DNA from: Callorhinchus milii
Lineage: Eukaryota
DNA: 64,000 bases
Assembly (NCBI RefSeq): GCF_018977255.1
Contig: NW_024704742.1
Coordinates: 109,680,001-109,744,000 of the forward strand
Direction of reading: 5' to 3'
Positions 63,361-64,000 of this stretch are shown one piece after another. The notes beneath the pieces are model-generated. The model saw nothing but the letters and a program-made list of their open reading frames with translations. It was not told the origin of the DNA and searched no databases. Every line of letters starts with the position of its first letter. Positions within the stretch are counted from its first letter, which is position 1. Position numbers and translations under genes: made by a program.

Positions 63361-64000
63361 TAAATAATAATCCTTGCACTTGATATATCGCCTTATCACT
63401 TAATTGAGACATCTCAAAACACTGGACAGTCAGGGATTTGGACCCGATCAGGTGGGGTGGAGGGCAGGGAGGGTAGGGGCAGGAGGATGGCTGAATGCAC
63501 TGTAGAAGAAGAGGGTCGTGAGACGTGCTTTGAAGGAGGTAAGGGAGGGAGCAAGGCAAAGGGACTGTGGGATGGAGTTCCAAAGGGTGGGGGGGGGCAG
63601 AGAAGCTGAAGGTCCGACTACCGATGGTGAGTCGGGCCAGGAGGGGGACGTGGAGCAGGCTGGAGGATGCTGAGCGGTGGGAGTGGACAGGTTTATATGG
63701 GGTTGTCAGGTCATAGAGGTAGGAGGGGGCAAGGCCATGGAGGGCTTTGATGGTGAAGAAAAGGATTTTGAACTCAATCCTCTGAGGGATAGAGGAGCCT
63801 GTGGAGCTGAGCGAGGGTGGGGGTGATAGAGGCACAAGGCCTGGTGCAGGAGAGGGCACAAGCTGCAGAGTTCTCGATGATCTGCAGCTTGTAGAGGGAA
63901 GAGTTGGGAAGGCCGACAAGCAGGGAGCTTAGATGTGGATCATGGTTTCAGCGGCCTAAGCGCTGAGGCAGTGGTAGAGCTGGGTGATGTTGCAGAGATG
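63361..64000 (-). mobile_element. L2 LINE 3' fragment with a SINE-type tail
   Basis: ORF 63293-63919 IPQRIEFKILFFTIKALHGLAPSYL; ends tatatcaagtgcaaggattatta. Confidence 0.9.

Noticed and set aside
1..64000. CRISPR array, operon or prokaryotic defence/retron system suggested by RT motifs and recurring repeats
   Set aside because: Repeats are dispersed SINE and LINE copies without regular spacers; RT motifs are frameshifted L2 fragments; the sequence is eukaryotic

Overview
AT-rich vertebrate intronic or intergenic DNA. The repeat content points to a cartilaginous fish, possibly a chimaera (inference from repeat types only). No intact protein-coding gene, rRNA, true tRNA or CRISPR array can be supported, and most entries in the ORF track are chance ORFs or decayed LINE reverse-transcriptase fragments. 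The window is dominated by: (1) truncated L2-clade LINE fragments; (2) a young tRNA-Ala-like SINE with a CORE-like block, a Deu-like 3' part and an L2-type tail, in long and short forms; (3) older Deu-type SINEs, a third old tRNA-derived SINE and one LF-SINE-like copy; (4) CR1 scraps; (5) non-autonomous DNA elements, namely a ~640 bp TIR element with a TNA-like target duplication and two MITE families; (6) a heavily decayed DIRS-like tyrosine-recombinase retrotransposon at ~18.4-19.5 kb. The best host-gene signal is a candidate minus-strand TATA promoter and first exon (MSNQKK|GTGAG) at ~7.9-8.0 kb, with a second candidate phase-0 first exon at ~7.4 kb. I see no convincing novel biological system; the interesting items concern transposon biology and candidate regulatory or exonic elements. 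Repeat boundaries were read by eye and are approximate.
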